From the IMG/VR virus record IMGVR_UViG_3300048904_000041, positions 37,544 to 101,543 of that record: 64,000 bases of DNA; one strand, given 5' to 3'. Positions within the stretch are counted from its first letter, which is position 1. Each line of letters begins with the position of its first letter. This document shows positions 18,178 to 27,639 of this stretch, piece after piece. This DNA comes from a virus. Lineage: Duplodnaviria; Heunggongvirae; Uroviricota; Caudoviricetes. The notes beneath the pieces were generated by a model. The model did not search any database, was not told where the DNA came from, and worked only from the letters and a program-made list of their open reading frames with translations. Both the position numbers and the translations under genes were made by a program.

Positions 18178-19110
18178 TTAGATGTTAGCCAACAGTGATT
18201 GACGCTTCTCTTTGGACAATTCATTGACTCGGGATCGCCGCTGAACGCCAGTTTTGATGTTACGATAACGCTTGTACTTAGCAAGGTTGGTGTAGTGATA
18301 ACCATCTTCTACCCACTCACTCATATCCAACACTTCGTCAACATACACATCGAAGTTCGGAAGTTTGCTATCCCACGACGACAGCACATTGTACAACTCT
18401 TCAGTTGCCAACACATCGTCACGGTTGTATCGTTCCATCGCTTCCCAAGCAAGCGGGTTACCAGCCATGCACTCTACCCACATTTCATGACCGGGGAAGT
18501 CTTTGTGACCATCCTTAACATGATCAGGGCAGAGTCGCTTTGACATGTACTCAAGCTTGTTACTGGTGAAACCGAACTGCTCCTTAGCAATCACCATTGT
18601 GTCAATCTGACGGTATGTCGAAGGCTTAGGGAATCCGTTCAAGATGAAACGTGCGTTTACTTTCTTGGTGTCGAATCGCTTTACGTTCTGACCTACAACA
18701 ATATCAGCTTCATTCAAGAAGCTCCATAGCTTGGACAGGATATACGAATCGTCTTCCATGTTGACAGCATCACGTTGATCGTAGTAGAAGATTTCGTCTT
18801 CACCCAACCACTTACCACAAAATGACATCATATACCAGTCAGATTGGATCTGATTCAGGCCAACATTGTTATCCCACAGTTTCCAGACGTGGGCCAGAAT
18901 CGGTGCAGTTTCGATATCGTAGATAAAGATCCGAGGGCCAGCTTTAACAACTTCAATCTCTTGAAGATCTACCTCACCCAAATCGTATTTCTTAAAGAAG
19001 TCATTGACTGTACTTTTACCCACACCCAATGTAGATGCGATACGACGACTACCGAAACCATAACCACGAAGTTCAAGTGCCTGTTTATGCCACGATTTAT
19101 TTTGGATCAT
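18178..19110 (-). CDS. DEDDh-type 3'-5' exonuclease (DnaQ-like) with N-terminal HTH
   Basis: ExoI FIYDIETAP, ExoII VVGQNVKRFD, ExoIII H..YNRDD; N-terminal RRIASTLGVGKSTV. Confidence 0.65.
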   Translation of the reverse strand: MIQNKSWHKQALELRGYGFGSRRIASTLGVGKSTVNDFFKKYDLGEVDLQEIEVVKAGPRIFIYDIETAPILAHVWKLWDNNVGLNQIQSDWYMMSFCGKWLGEDEIFYYDQRDAVNMEDDSYILSKLWSFLNEADIVVGQNVKRFDTKKVNARFILNGFPKPSTYRQIDTMVIAKEQFGFTSNKLEYMSKRLCPDHVKDGHKDFPGHEMWVECMAGNPLAWEAMERYNRDDVLATEELYNVLSSWDSKLPNFDVYVDEVLDMSEWVEDGYHYTNLAKYKRYRNIKTGVQRRSRVNELSKEKRQSLLANI

Positions 19111-19373
19111 TGGTTCTCCTTTCTGATGTGTATTTTAACAAGATCTTCCAAGTCGGGAAATTCATCCCCGTCCTTACATGCGTATACTTTCAAAATCTCT
19201 TTAAACTGCACACCTGTATCAAGAAGGTCTTTAGTAAGTAGGTCGAAAGCACCAGACGGGGTTGATGCGGACACAAGATGAACGTATCCGTTCGATTCTG
19301 CGTAGATTGCGTAGCTCATTGCTCTCTCCTGAGAGTTAAAGGATGATTGCACACTGAATGAACAGTGACACAT
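19107..19373 (-). CDS. hypothetical protein
   Basis: 88-aa ORF. Confidence 0.45.
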   Translation of the reverse strand: MCHCSFSVQSSFNSQERAMSYAIYAESNGYVHLVSASTPSGAFDLLTKDLLDTGVQFKEILKVYACKDGDEFPDLEDLVKIHIRKENQ

Positions 19374-19629
19374 ATTTCATTGTGATGTATTGGTTAACCG
19401 TCATTCTTTCTCTCCAATTCAGCAATACGCTGCTCAAGTTCTGAAATCTTCTTCAGCAGCATTTTGTAAGTGGTTTCATCAATTTTCAACGATTTCACAC
19501 TCTTCAGGGTAAAAGAAGTATTCATGACCGGAATCATCAAATACCCAGATATCACCATCTGCATCGATACTCAATACGTCATATGTCTTACCGGGTGTGA
19601 AGGATGGATCTTCACATGTATCAACACAT

Positions 19630-20199
19630 TTAACCTTCATTGCTATTCTCCTGCTTGAAGTGTTCGACTAGCATCTGACGACGCTTGTCTTTTGAAGATG
19701 GCACATTATACCCTGCTTTGGTCAACATGTCAACCACTTTCTTAACGCCTTTCTTTTCAAATTCAATGGCTTGCTTAGTTGCCTTTGCATCTTCAAAACT
19801 AAGATCGTATCGCTCAGCATAAGTCTTAATACCGTGACAGGGTTTGCAGACCATGGCAAGATCTTCTTTACGAATAAACACAATGCCTTCGATAAAGCTC
19901 TGTACGTCGTTTAGGGAGCGAAGACTGTGTTCCCCTGTCTTGTGGTCGCATTCCATCTCAGTTCGTTTAAAAAGACCGTTACAGATCGTACAGCGACCAC
20001 CTGCAACCGTTGGGAATCGTTTCATGCTCCGAGGATTATCATTTGGAATCTGAACTGTGCTTTCTTTTTCGAATTCCAACTTCACAGGGTTCTTAGACCA
20101 GAGATATCGACGAATACCACCACGGACAAATGAGAGATAAGCACTCTCAGTCTTCCAGATGTGTGGATATTCAACCCAAGGTTGGTATGGGGCACTCAT
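19630..20199 (-). mobile_element. HNH endonuclease (putative homing endonuclease)
   Basis: CDHKTGEH...CKPCH HNH/zinc motif; free-standing between exonuclease genes. Confidence 0.6.
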
Positions 20200-20402
20200 C
20201 GTGCCACCAATTCAACAATACGATACTCTGTTTGATCTTTAAACTTAGTATCTTTGAATCTCTCAAAACCAGAAGGTGTCCAACGCTTCATTGCGTGTGT
20301 CCAACTATTTGAAGCTGCGTTCTTACTGTCATAAACTTTGCGACCAAGTGGCGCCAGATTACCTTCGGAGTCTACAACAGCATATCCATAAACCTTACTC
20401 AT
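20196..20402 (-). CDS. hypothetical protein
   Basis: 68-aa ORF. Confidence 0.4.
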   Translation of the reverse strand: MSKVYGYAVVDSEGNLAPLGRKVYDSKNAASNSWTHAMKRWTPSGFERFKDTKFKDQTEYRIVELVAR

Positions 20403-21442
20403 TAATATTCAATCCCCATTCTGTCTAGTGCTGCTTTAACATTTACACGTGGGTCAGTAAGTGTCCGCTGCATGTGAGCCATATCAAACATTTCTTGGAA
20501 CACATAGAGCCAATCAATCTTTATGTCATCACCACGCCAACCTTTAACAACTTTCTCTTCAGGGTAAAGATATTTGAACACTTCAACCATCTTTTGGAAG
20601 CATTCTTTGTCAGTCTTACAGTCAACCAATGATTTGAATCCGCTGACGCTACCCCACTCAATATCGCTGAAGCAGTTCGCTTTGTAGTTGTCAACATCGT
20701 CCTGAGTGATGATTTGATAATACAAGTGAATTCGCCCTTCACCACGAACGATCTTCTTGTCATCAAGGAACAAGTGACCAAGCTTATCACAATTCACGAT
20801 ACCACGATGTGTACGGTTGATGTCGTAGTAATTAACAGGGCTACCCCAATAGTCCTTATCCTCACCGATAACGAAGCGTGTAGGCTCCTTGTAGGCCCTG
20901 ATAACGCACATATCATCTGCTTCACGGTCAGTAATGATTTCAGCACTGTAACGACGTTCAAGGTAGTCACTCACAGCGTCAAGGTGATAAGGTTTTACCA
21001 AGTTATCACGATTACCTTTGTACTTCTGTAGGGTACTCCATTCTACTCGTTGACTGTCACCTTTCCCCATATACATTTCGTAGGTCTTTGCACCTGCTTG
21101 CTTGAGGATATCATCGACCATGACTTTTGCAGTGTGAAGTACGTTTTGGATAGGCTCAGGAGTGGATATGTCCTCGATGTCGAATTCGTCAGGTAGATAA
21201 GGTGACTCTCGGGTAGCGTTGTGTTCAGCAAGAATTCCTCCTGCACGCTTTTTCCAGTGACCCCAAAAGGCTGTGCGGCTCTTTGCTTCGAATGTGACAC
21301 TGGTATCTCCTTTCAGTGTTGCACGGATAGACTTCTTTTCACCGACATATGCGGCTGCGTATTTGAATGCGTCAAGATCGACAACAGCGTGCGTTGGCAC
21401 AATAATTTCGGTCATTACTTGTCTCCGTAAAGTCGCTTCCAT
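20402..21442 (-). CDS. 5'-3' exonuclease / flap endonuclease (FEN, T4 RNaseH/T5 D15-like)
   Basis: N-terminal AVVDLDAFKYAAAY (cf. LLVDG..L.YRA.HA) and EADDMCVIRA (cf. EADDVIATLA). Confidence 0.6.
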   Translation of the reverse strand: MEATLRRQVMTEIIVPTHAVVDLDAFKYAAAYVGEKKSIRATLKGDTSVTFEAKSRTAFWGHWKKRAGGILAEHNATRESPYLPDEFDIEDISTPEPIQNVLHTAKVMVDDILKQAGAKTYEMYMGKGDSQRVEWSTLQKYKGNRDNLVKPYHLDAVSDYLERRYSAEIITDREADDMCVIRAYKEPTRFVIGEDKDYWGSPVNYYDINRTHRGIVNCDKLGHLFLDDKKIVRGEGRIHLYYQIITQDDVDNYKANCFSDIEWGSVSGFKSLVDCKTDKECFQKMVEVFKYLYPEEKVVKGWRGDDIKIDWLYVFQEMFDMAHMQRTLTDPRVNVKAALDRMGIEY

Positions 21443-21696
21443 TTTGCCAACTTTATGTCAGCGATTTTAATCAACTCTTCTTCAGTGATGTCAGGATGTT
21501 GTGTGTAGATCAGGTCAACACAGCAAAGAATCACGTCGATTGCCTCACCAATGATCCCGTCCTTTCCATCACCCACGCCGTACACTTCGTCTTGAAGCTC
21601 GACAACTTCAGAAATAGTGTGGTTAAGAACACTGAATGTGTCTCGACTGTTCTTAATCTGACGTGCCATGTCGAGGATGTTTGTTACCAATGTCAT
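21415..21696 (-). CDS. hypothetical protein (start at MTLVTNILDMARQ...)
   Basis: GGAGAATAGA-ATG RBS immediately after terminator 21717-21740. Confidence 0.45.
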   Translation of the reverse strand: MTLVTNILDMARQIKNSRDTFSVLNHTISEVVELQDEVYGVGDGKDGIIGEAIDVILCCVDLIYTQHPDITEEELIKIADIKLAKWKRLYGDK

Positions 21697-21716
21697 TCTA
21701 TTCTCCAGAAATGACA

Positions 21717-21740
21717 AAGCCCGCACAAAGGCGGGCAATG
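21717..21740 (-). terminator. rho-independent terminator (GCCCGC-ACAAAG-GCGGGC)
   Basis: hairpin + TTTGTCATTT on minus strand. Confidence 0.55.
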
Positions 21741-21742
21741 TA

Positions 21743-22129
21743 TTAGTCGTTGTAGTTCGTGATGTCTTCGAACTGTGCAATGAAGGTAAGGAACTCACAC
21801 TTCTTCTCTTCGTAGTCACCTGCCGCATAGGTGGCTGCCGATTTCGCAATGTACTTCACACGCTCAGCATCATGACCTTCAGGGTTATCCTTCTTGTGGT
21901 ACTTACAGTCGATAATCAATTGCTTGATATCTTCTTTACGCTCGTTGATTTCCTTGTTCAAGGTTACCAGACGGGCAAACAGATCGTTCTCACTCAGCAG
22001 AGGTGGACGACCGGGGCCATGTTCTGCTTCAAACATATCTTCTTGATACTCACTCATTCTCATCTCCTTCATCATACATATCACTTTCAATTGAATAGCA
22101 TATACCCAAACTTTCGTATGTTGCATCAT
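21743..22129 (-). CDS. hypothetical protein
   Basis: 128-aa ORF. Confidence 0.5.
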   Translation of the reverse strand: MMQHTKVWVYAIQLKVICMMKEMRMSEYQEDMFEAEHGPGRPPLLSENDLFARLVTLNKEINERKEDIKQLIIDCKYHKKDNPEGHDAERVKYIAKSAATYAAGDYEEKKCEFLTFIAQFEDITNYND

Positions 22130-22283
22130 CTGGCACTAAGATTGATTCTTCATCAGACCAGTCGCCTTCAATATCACCAGAGTTGATGTCAGCATTAAAA
22201 CGCTCAGCCACATCCTTATTGAGTGTGTAATGAATATTGACGTATCCATCTGTACCACCTGCAAACATGTAAAGCTGTTTCAT
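22050..22283 (-). CDS. hypothetical acidic protein
   Basis: 77-aa ORF. Confidence 0.4.
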   Translation of the reverse strand: MKQLYMFAGGTDGYVNIHYTLNKDVAERFNADINSGDIEGDWSDEESILVPDDATYESLGICYSIESDMYDEGDENE

Positions 22284-22332
22284 TTCACTCTCCTGAAATA
22301 GAAGGGAGACCGAAGTCTCCCAATTGTGTCAC

Positions 22333-23370
22333 TTAGAACGGAATGTCATCATCAAAGTTTTCGAAGTTCAGCGGGTCAGGTTGTGGAGCTGCCTGCTTAG
22401 GTGCTGGACGACTTGCTTCTGGTTTGCTCGCTTGTGGCGTCTCACCATTGCCCGAAGTCAGATTACCTTCGTCTTCTTTGATCTTACCTGCTGCGATCAG
22501 TTGCTTACGCAGATCCGACTCAGCGAAGTTCGATGCTTGCTTGATAACATTGATACACGACTGACGCAGGTTTTTAACAGCGTTAGGATCGTTCTCACCT
22601 TTCATGTTGATCATGAACATGTGCTTTTCGTCCAGAACTGGAATCAGTGGAATCATTGCCTTTGGAACCGGGCCGTTGAAACCTACTTTCTCATTCAGGT
22701 ACTTCTTACCATCAGAACCTTCGTTCAGGGTTACGGTAACGTTACACAGGATCGCTTTACCGATCAGGTTACCGAGATACTGAGGCTTCATCTGTTTCTG
22801 TGCATCCAACGCACCTACAGCTTGACCGATTTTGTACAGGATGGTGTTGTTTTTGAAACCCCAATTACCTGCATCATCACGGTGTTCTTTCAGGTTGATT
22901 GCACGACCGGGAACCTTACCTACACCTTTCTGGAAGAATTCGTTGTTGAGCATCATGCGATATGGCAGATCTTCACCAACACCGTCTTCATCGAAGAACT
23001 TACCACGGTTGATAATGGTGGCAGGATCATCAACGAAGATTGCTACTTCACGAAGATCTTTTACAGGCCAGCGTTTGCACAGTGTCGGTACGTTGTTTTG
23101 ACCATGTGGAACAACTTCAAAGTATTCCTTGGTCTCACCTGCTGCTGCTTTGGCTTCGATTTCAGCACGTTGTGCATCAGAACCTGTCCATTCCATCTTA
23201 GCGTCTTCTTGCTTCTGAAATCCAAGGTCAACGATACCGGAGACGATCATAATACGAGCATCTGGCTCAGGTGCGTTAACGGTTTCGAAAACATACTGAC
23301 CAAGTTCGTCAAAGTTTACCGAAGGGCCGGTGGATACAGGGGTGTCAGTTTGGAATTGAAAACGAGACAT
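22333..23370 (-). CDS. ssb: single-stranded DNA-binding protein with bacterial SSB-type acidic C-terminal tip (…FDDDIPF)
   Basis: C-terminus PDPLNFENFDDDIPF identical in form to E. coli SSB tip; Gly/Pro/Gln-rich linker before it. Confidence 0.6.
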   Translation of the reverse strand: MSRFQFQTDTPVSTGPSVNFDELGQYVFETVNAPEPDARIMIVSGIVDLGFQKQEDAKMEWTGSDAQRAEIEAKAAAGETKEYFEVVPHGQNNVPTLCKRWPVKDLREVAIFVDDPATIINRGKFFDEDGVGEDLPYRMMLNNEFFQKGVGKVPGRAINLKEHRDDAGNWGFKNNTILYKIGQAVGALDAQKQMKPQYLGNLIGKAILCNVTVTLNEGSDGKKYLNEKVGFNGPVPKAMIPLIPVLDEKHMFMINMKGENDPNAVKNLRQSCINVIKQASNFAESDLRKQLIAAGKIKEDEGNLTSGNGETPQASKPEASRPAPKQAAPQPDPLNFENFDDDIPF

Positions 23371-23416
23371 TTATTTTCCTCTTTTGATTACCGCAAAGCG
23401 GTGGATGTTTTGGATA

Positions 23417-23475
23417 GACTAGACCTTTTCATCAATCTAGTCCGCCATTATACTACAGTTGAGACTGACTGTCAA
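23417..23475 (-). promoter_or_regulatory. promoter TTGACA-17-TATAAT followed by perfect 7-bp inverted repeat GACTAGA-N12-TCTAGTC (operator/5'-UTR hairpin) upstream of ssb
   Basis: seen directly on minus strand. Confidence 0.55.
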
Positions 23476-23483
23476 CAACTATT

Positions 23484-23699
23484 TCACATGAAAAGTGTGA
23501 TTATGTACCCTACGATGTACACCGCAATATTTGCACTGATACGAATCCAAACACCTTCCGAGAATGTTCGTGGATTTGTTTTCATATTCAATGGCTTAGT
23601 CACGAATGCGAGCAGGATGCTGAGACCGTAAATGTTAGCCAATCCGATAACAGGGGCACCAATTGGAACTAGGAACCAGTTATAGAACTCCCCGAGCAC
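23484..23699 (-). CDS. small membrane protein (2 TM)
   Basis: hydrophobic throughout. Confidence 0.45.
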   Translation of the reverse strand: MLGEFYNWFLVPIGAPVIGLANIYGLSILLAFVTKPLNMKTNPRTFSEGVWIRISANIAVYIVGYIITLFM

Positions 23700-23917
23700 G
23701 AATACATACGATACAATACTCAGGATGAACAGTAAAACCCAAGAACGATCTTCATTACCGAACTACTCGCTGGACGATCAGTTGCTGAACGATGCGTGGG
23801 CCATTAGTCAGACCACCATCAGGGGTAGGTTTGCGGAAAGTACGCTGAACTTGACGAGCGGCTTCACGGGTGTCGAGGATAATACCGTTGACGTTGTAAG
23901 AATATTGCTTTTTCATT

Positions 23918-24181
23918 TTACTCTCCCATTGGTAGAATGTATACAGCTTTGATTTCCTTCAAGTCATATGCATAAACATAATCAGGAAGGTTCCGATTAA
24001 TAACCTTGAGCTGACCATCATGTTTAGCGAAAGCAGCTACAGGGTTAATAAAATCTGGTTTGTATTTATTACCACCTTTCCAGTGGATAATAATTTCCAT
24101 CTTTTGATCTTCAGGAACAGCATGCATGAAATCATCACGCTTAAGATCAAGTTGCGGTGTCACTTGTTGCTTCTTAGCCAT
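23918..24181 (-). CDS. hypothetical protein
   Basis: 87-aa ORF. Confidence 0.45.
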   Translation of the reverse strand: MAKKQQVTPQLDLKRDDFMHAVPEDQKMEIIIHWKGGNKYKPDFINPVAAFAKHDGQLKVINRNLPDYVYAYDLKEIKAVYILPMGE

Positions 24182-24183
24182 TG

Positions 24184-24390
24184 TTAACCCTCGATGAAAT
24201 CAACTTGCTTGTGGTTGAAGTAGTGAAAGTCTTTCTTGTCACCCCTATCAAAAGTGAACATTGAACAGCGATCATCATCCATCCAGCTTTTCTTGCGGGT
24301 CAGAATTGTACCAGATTCGATACCAAGATGCACGCTATTTAGCACAACAACATCACCATCCTTAAGGTCTTTCATTTCATCCAGTGTCAT
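24184..24390 (-). CDS. hypothetical protein
   Basis: 68-aa ORF. Confidence 0.4.
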   Translation of the reverse strand: MTLDEMKDLKDGDVVVLNSVHLGIESGTILTRKKSWMDDDRCSMFTFDRGDKKDFHYFNHKQVDFIEG

Positions 24391-24662
24391 TCGGTGAGTG
24401 CCTTTACTCGGGCAAGAACACGACGCAGTTTGTCACCACTGTCTTTTGCTTCGTTCATGCGATTTTGAGCTTCAACAGCAGCCTGTGCATGTGCAGCAAT
24501 TTGACCATTGATTTGCTCAATTGCGGATTCCATTTTCTTTTCTGCTTTGGTGAACGCATCCAGTGCGTCTTCAACAAGCTCTGCGTGATTGTTGTTGATA
24601 ACAGTGCTGGTAGTGCTGATCAAACCAAACAGATTACCGAGGGTAGGTTCTTGTTTCATCAT
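24387..24662 (-). CDS. hypothetical helical protein
   Basis: 91-aa ORF. Confidence 0.45.
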   Translation of the reverse strand: MMKQEPTLGNLFGLISTTSTVINNNHAELVEDALDAFTKAEKKMESAIEQINGQIAAHAQAAVEAQNRMNEAKDSGDKLRRVLARVKALTE

Positions 24663-24712
24663 AATCTCCTAGTGATTTAGGGGGCGCATTATACACCCCT
24701 TTCAGTTGTGTG

Positions 24713-25045
24713 TCAAGCTACTTTTGAAAATCCTGAACACGCATCAAGGAACGATAGCGCTACAGGTCTTGCACCACCACCTCTTGGTGGGGTTGGGTCA
24801 ATATCAGGCCCATCTTCACGGATGTCAAGCTTCTTACCCAAGAGATTCTGATTGTTGTGTCGGTGAATCTCAGCACGGTAACGAATACGATCTTCCGCAC
24901 GCATTGGGTAGCTCAGACTGTAAAGTCGATTGGTCTGATTACCGAGCAAGGCGTATTGCTCAATCCCATGTTGAGAAAGGTAATAGTATGCATCATCACG
25001 TTCAATATCACGCAGAGTGATGATGTTTCCCTTGAACTCAATCAT
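24713..25045 (-). CDS. hypothetical protein
   Basis: 110-aa ORF. Confidence 0.45.
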   Translation of the reverse strand: MIEFKGNIITLRDIERDDAYYYLSQHGIEQYALLGNQTNRLYSLSYPMRAEDRIRYRAEIHRHNNQNLLGKKLDIREDGPDIDPTPPRGGGARPVALSFLDACSGFSKVA

Positions 25046-25046
25046 T

Positions 25047-25310
25047 TCAAATTTCCTTTACTTGACTTGTGAAAAAAGACCAACCATCTCGATCTTTGTC
25101 TTTGCAATTGTCCATGTTAACGATAACCAAACCAGAACTATATAATTCAACTACAGTCCCTTTTTGACCATTTGCCAAATATGGGCCTTCAACGATGTCA
25201 TAATCTGTGTTGGTGACCACTACGCGACTACCTACTTTCATTTGAGTCTCTCCTGTTGAACTGTTTTGGTATGGGTGCCATTCTACCAGACATGAACACC
25301 CTGTCAACAA
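25047..25310 (-). CDS. hypothetical protein
   Basis: 87-aa ORF; own promoter TTGACA-16-TAGAAT at ~25267-25306. Confidence 0.45.
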   Translation of the reverse strand: MLTGCSCLVEWHPYQNSSTGETQMKVGSRVVVTNTDYDIVEGPYLANGQKGTVVELYSSGLVIVNMDNCKDKDRDGWSFFTSQVKEI

Positions 25311-25316
25311 TTATTT

Positions 25317-27554
25317 TCAGTCTTCGCTGTCTTCCAGCTCGACATCACCTGTGATCGCCTGTACCAGCTTTGTAGCCTCTTCAATGTAGAAGTCGTAGTT
25401 CACACCCCAATTGAAGTCATCCATGTTGTTACACGGTGTCACGTTCCATTTGGTGTCAATCCCCAAACGACGTGGGCCTTCAGCTTCTTTGCCTGCCAAT
25501 GCAGGCATGATCTTAATCAGCTTACCACCTTCTACAGACGGATAGTATCGGCAAATATTCTGCAATGGTTTGTCAACACCATCTTCACCGACGATTACCA
25601 GACTTGAGCTTCGTGGAACCTTGGTACGCAGCATGAAATCGAACGGGTCTTTGTGACCACGAATGAAGTCTTCTACAGTTCCTTCACCCAACAGTTGGTG
25701 ACTTGCTGCCATCTTTACCACCAGTGCTGATTGGTTTTTATGCCAGTCAAGCTCAGTGTTTTTGTACATCCCATTCAAAGGCTTGTTCTCGCCAAATGCA
25801 TAAGCACCTTTACGCTTCACACCCTTACCATTTGCGTATACAGCAATGTAGTTGTTTACGTTGGCAACCAGCATCTGATCGTACATTACACCTTCCATTT
25901 CAAGACCGGTCAAAGTCTCCCATGCTTTAACGATTGTGTCAATCTTCTTACGAGTTTCAGGATCGTCATCAGCTACAAACTCAAAACCGTCAGTGTTGCA
26001 CATAATAACCTCAGCATTAACCTCACGCAACAGGTCTTCCATCAGCATGCACAGACTCAATTGACCGTTGATGGTGATCGACATCATGAACTGTGGGTCA
26101 TACATTGGACTAAATTCATCACCAGATGCACCATAAGTACCGTTAAGTGCCAGCTTCAATGCACCGTTGAACGGACTTGTCTTTGGATACGAACGACGTT
26201 CTGTAAACAAAGCTTGATACACAGCACAGAACAGTTTGTCCAAGTGAGCAGGGAAAATGTTGTTCTGAATACTCAAGTTCGGGTAGTAAGAAGCTACGTC
26301 AAGAGAGTAAATCCGCTTCCCATTACCTGAGATAGTAACACCTTTCTTTGCACCGTGAATACCACCAGTACCGAAGTCATACCGGAAACCGTCAATGGTA
26401 ACGTTCAACGTTTCACCGATGTTCCAGCAGAACCAGTAGGATGCAGCACCTTTTGGACTCTTAAGCTCGGCCATTTCAACCCAACCGCCGGGATGTTCTT
26501 TCATCATCTGGTCAATGTGTTCAGCGTCTGGAACATACCGCTTGTTCTTCGCACCGTTAACAGGACAGTTCATCTTCTTGAACTTCACACGCATGGTTGC
26601 ATACTTGGCAACGTCGCCCATACGGTGTTCAGGGAGGTCAGAGAACACTCCGTTTGTTTCGGTGATGGTCTGCTCCATAAACCACTTGTGTACAGCCTTA
26701 AACTCGGGTCGTTGAAACTTAATGTACGGCAAGACACACTCACGTAGATGGATCTTATCGCGTTTGGTCTGCTGCATCTTCTTGACCATCCGATTACCCT
26801 GCTTAACTTGCTTGTAGCAAATCCCCGGACGAGCTTCCTCAAGACGCTGTGTAAATAGCTCTTTACCGATCTTGGTGTCATTGTAGTTTGTGCAGTCAAA
26901 TCCAAACTTCTCAGTCAGTTGACTACGCATTTCAATAGCTGACATCGAGTGATAATAGAACTTCAACGTCTCACGAATGTCATGCTTGTTGTAAGTGATC
27001 AGAACGTCTTTCTCAGGGTCACTCAGCTTCTTACCAACAGGGAAAGGCAAGTCTTCAATGTTCTTCGACCGCATGTTGAACTCAAGGATCTTCAAGCTAG
27101 TAGCACGTGCCTTGTTGTCGAAGTGATGAATCTTGAACAAGTCAACCTGTGGGAGCATAACCTGATTCGAAGGTACGTTAACACCGAACGGACTTGTCTT
27201 AATCAGTTCAAAGTTGTCCTGCATCTTTTTAAAGATCATGGCTGGACTAATAATGAGCGGGCCTTTAGATTCTTTAGCCTTCTTAGCCAACCCAAGGACG
27301 TAGTGCAGCAACGGATAGTCAAATCCCACGTTGTTGAATCCAACCATTCGGTAACCACCACGTGCTACATTACGTAGGAAATCAAGCATCTCAGTGAGGT
27401 CGTTACGTCGATCAGAGATTTCGTAAACACGTTCACCCTGACCATTCGCAAAGATTGCACCCAATGTGAAAATATTTGGGTAAACCTCTAAGTCGTAAAT
27501 GATATCTTTCTTACCATACTTCGTTTTTCCATCTTGTAGATAACCAAGTTCCAT
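25317..27554 (-). CDS. family B DNA polymerase with 3'-5' proofreading exonuclease
   Basis: ExoI IYDLEVYP, ExoII FNNVGFDYPLL; pol motif A DVASYYPN, motif B KLALNGTYGASG, motif C MCNTDGFEF. Confidence 0.85.
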   Translation of the reverse strand: MELGYLQDGKTKYGKKDIIYDLEVYPNIFTLGAIFANGQGERVYEISDRRNDLTEMLDFLRNVARGGYRMVGFNNVGFDYPLLHYVLGLAKKAKESKGPLIISPAMIFKKMQDNFELIKTSPFGVNVPSNQVMLPQVDLFKIHHFDNKARATSLKILEFNMRSKNIEDLPFPVGKKLSDPEKDVLITYNKHDIRETLKFYYHSMSAIEMRSQLTEKFGFDCTNYNDTKIGKELFTQRLEEARPGICYKQVKQGNRMVKKMQQTKRDKIHLRECVLPYIKFQRPEFKAVHKWFMEQTITETNGVFSDLPEHRMGDVAKYATMRVKFKKMNCPVNGAKNKRYVPDAEHIDQMMKEHPGGWVEMAELKSPKGAASYWFCWNIGETLNVTIDGFRYDFGTGGIHGAKKGVTISGNGKRIYSLDVASYYPNLSIQNNIFPAHLDKLFCAVYQALFTERRSYPKTSPFNGALKLALNGTYGASGDEFSPMYDPQFMMSITINGQLSLCMLMEDLLREVNAEVIMCNTDGFEFVADDDPETRKKIDTIVKAWETLTGLEMEGVMYDQMLVANVNNYIAVYANGKGVKRKGAYAFGENKPLNGMYKNTELDWHKNQSALVVKMAASHQLLGEGTVEDFIRGHKDPFDFMLRTKVPRSSSLVIVGEDGVDKPLQNICRYYPSVEGGKLIKIMPALAGKEAEGPRRLGIDTKWNVTPCNNMDDFNWGVNYDFYIEEATKLVQAITGDVELEDSED

Positions 27555-27574
27555 ACTTCTCTCCTTGCAAATGA

Positions 27575-27632
27575 TCCGCTATTATACACGAATCCTTTTA
27601 TTTAGTCAATAAAAAAGGGCCACGAAGGCCCT
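27575..27632 (-). promoter_or_regulatory. terminator hairpin (GGGCC-ACGAA-GGCCC + T6) followed by promoter TTGACT-17-TATAAT for polymerase gene
   Basis: minus strand AAAGGGCCTTCGTGGCCCTTTTTTATTGACTAAATAAAAGGATTCGTGTATAAT. Confidence 0.6.
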
Positions 27633-27639
27633 TTAAGGT

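Noticed and set aside
22324-23631. 435-aa plus-strand ORF
   Set aside because: Lies entirely antisense to the well-supported ssb gene. Cys/Phe-rich low-complexity translation with no RBS, so it is a spurious shadow ORF.
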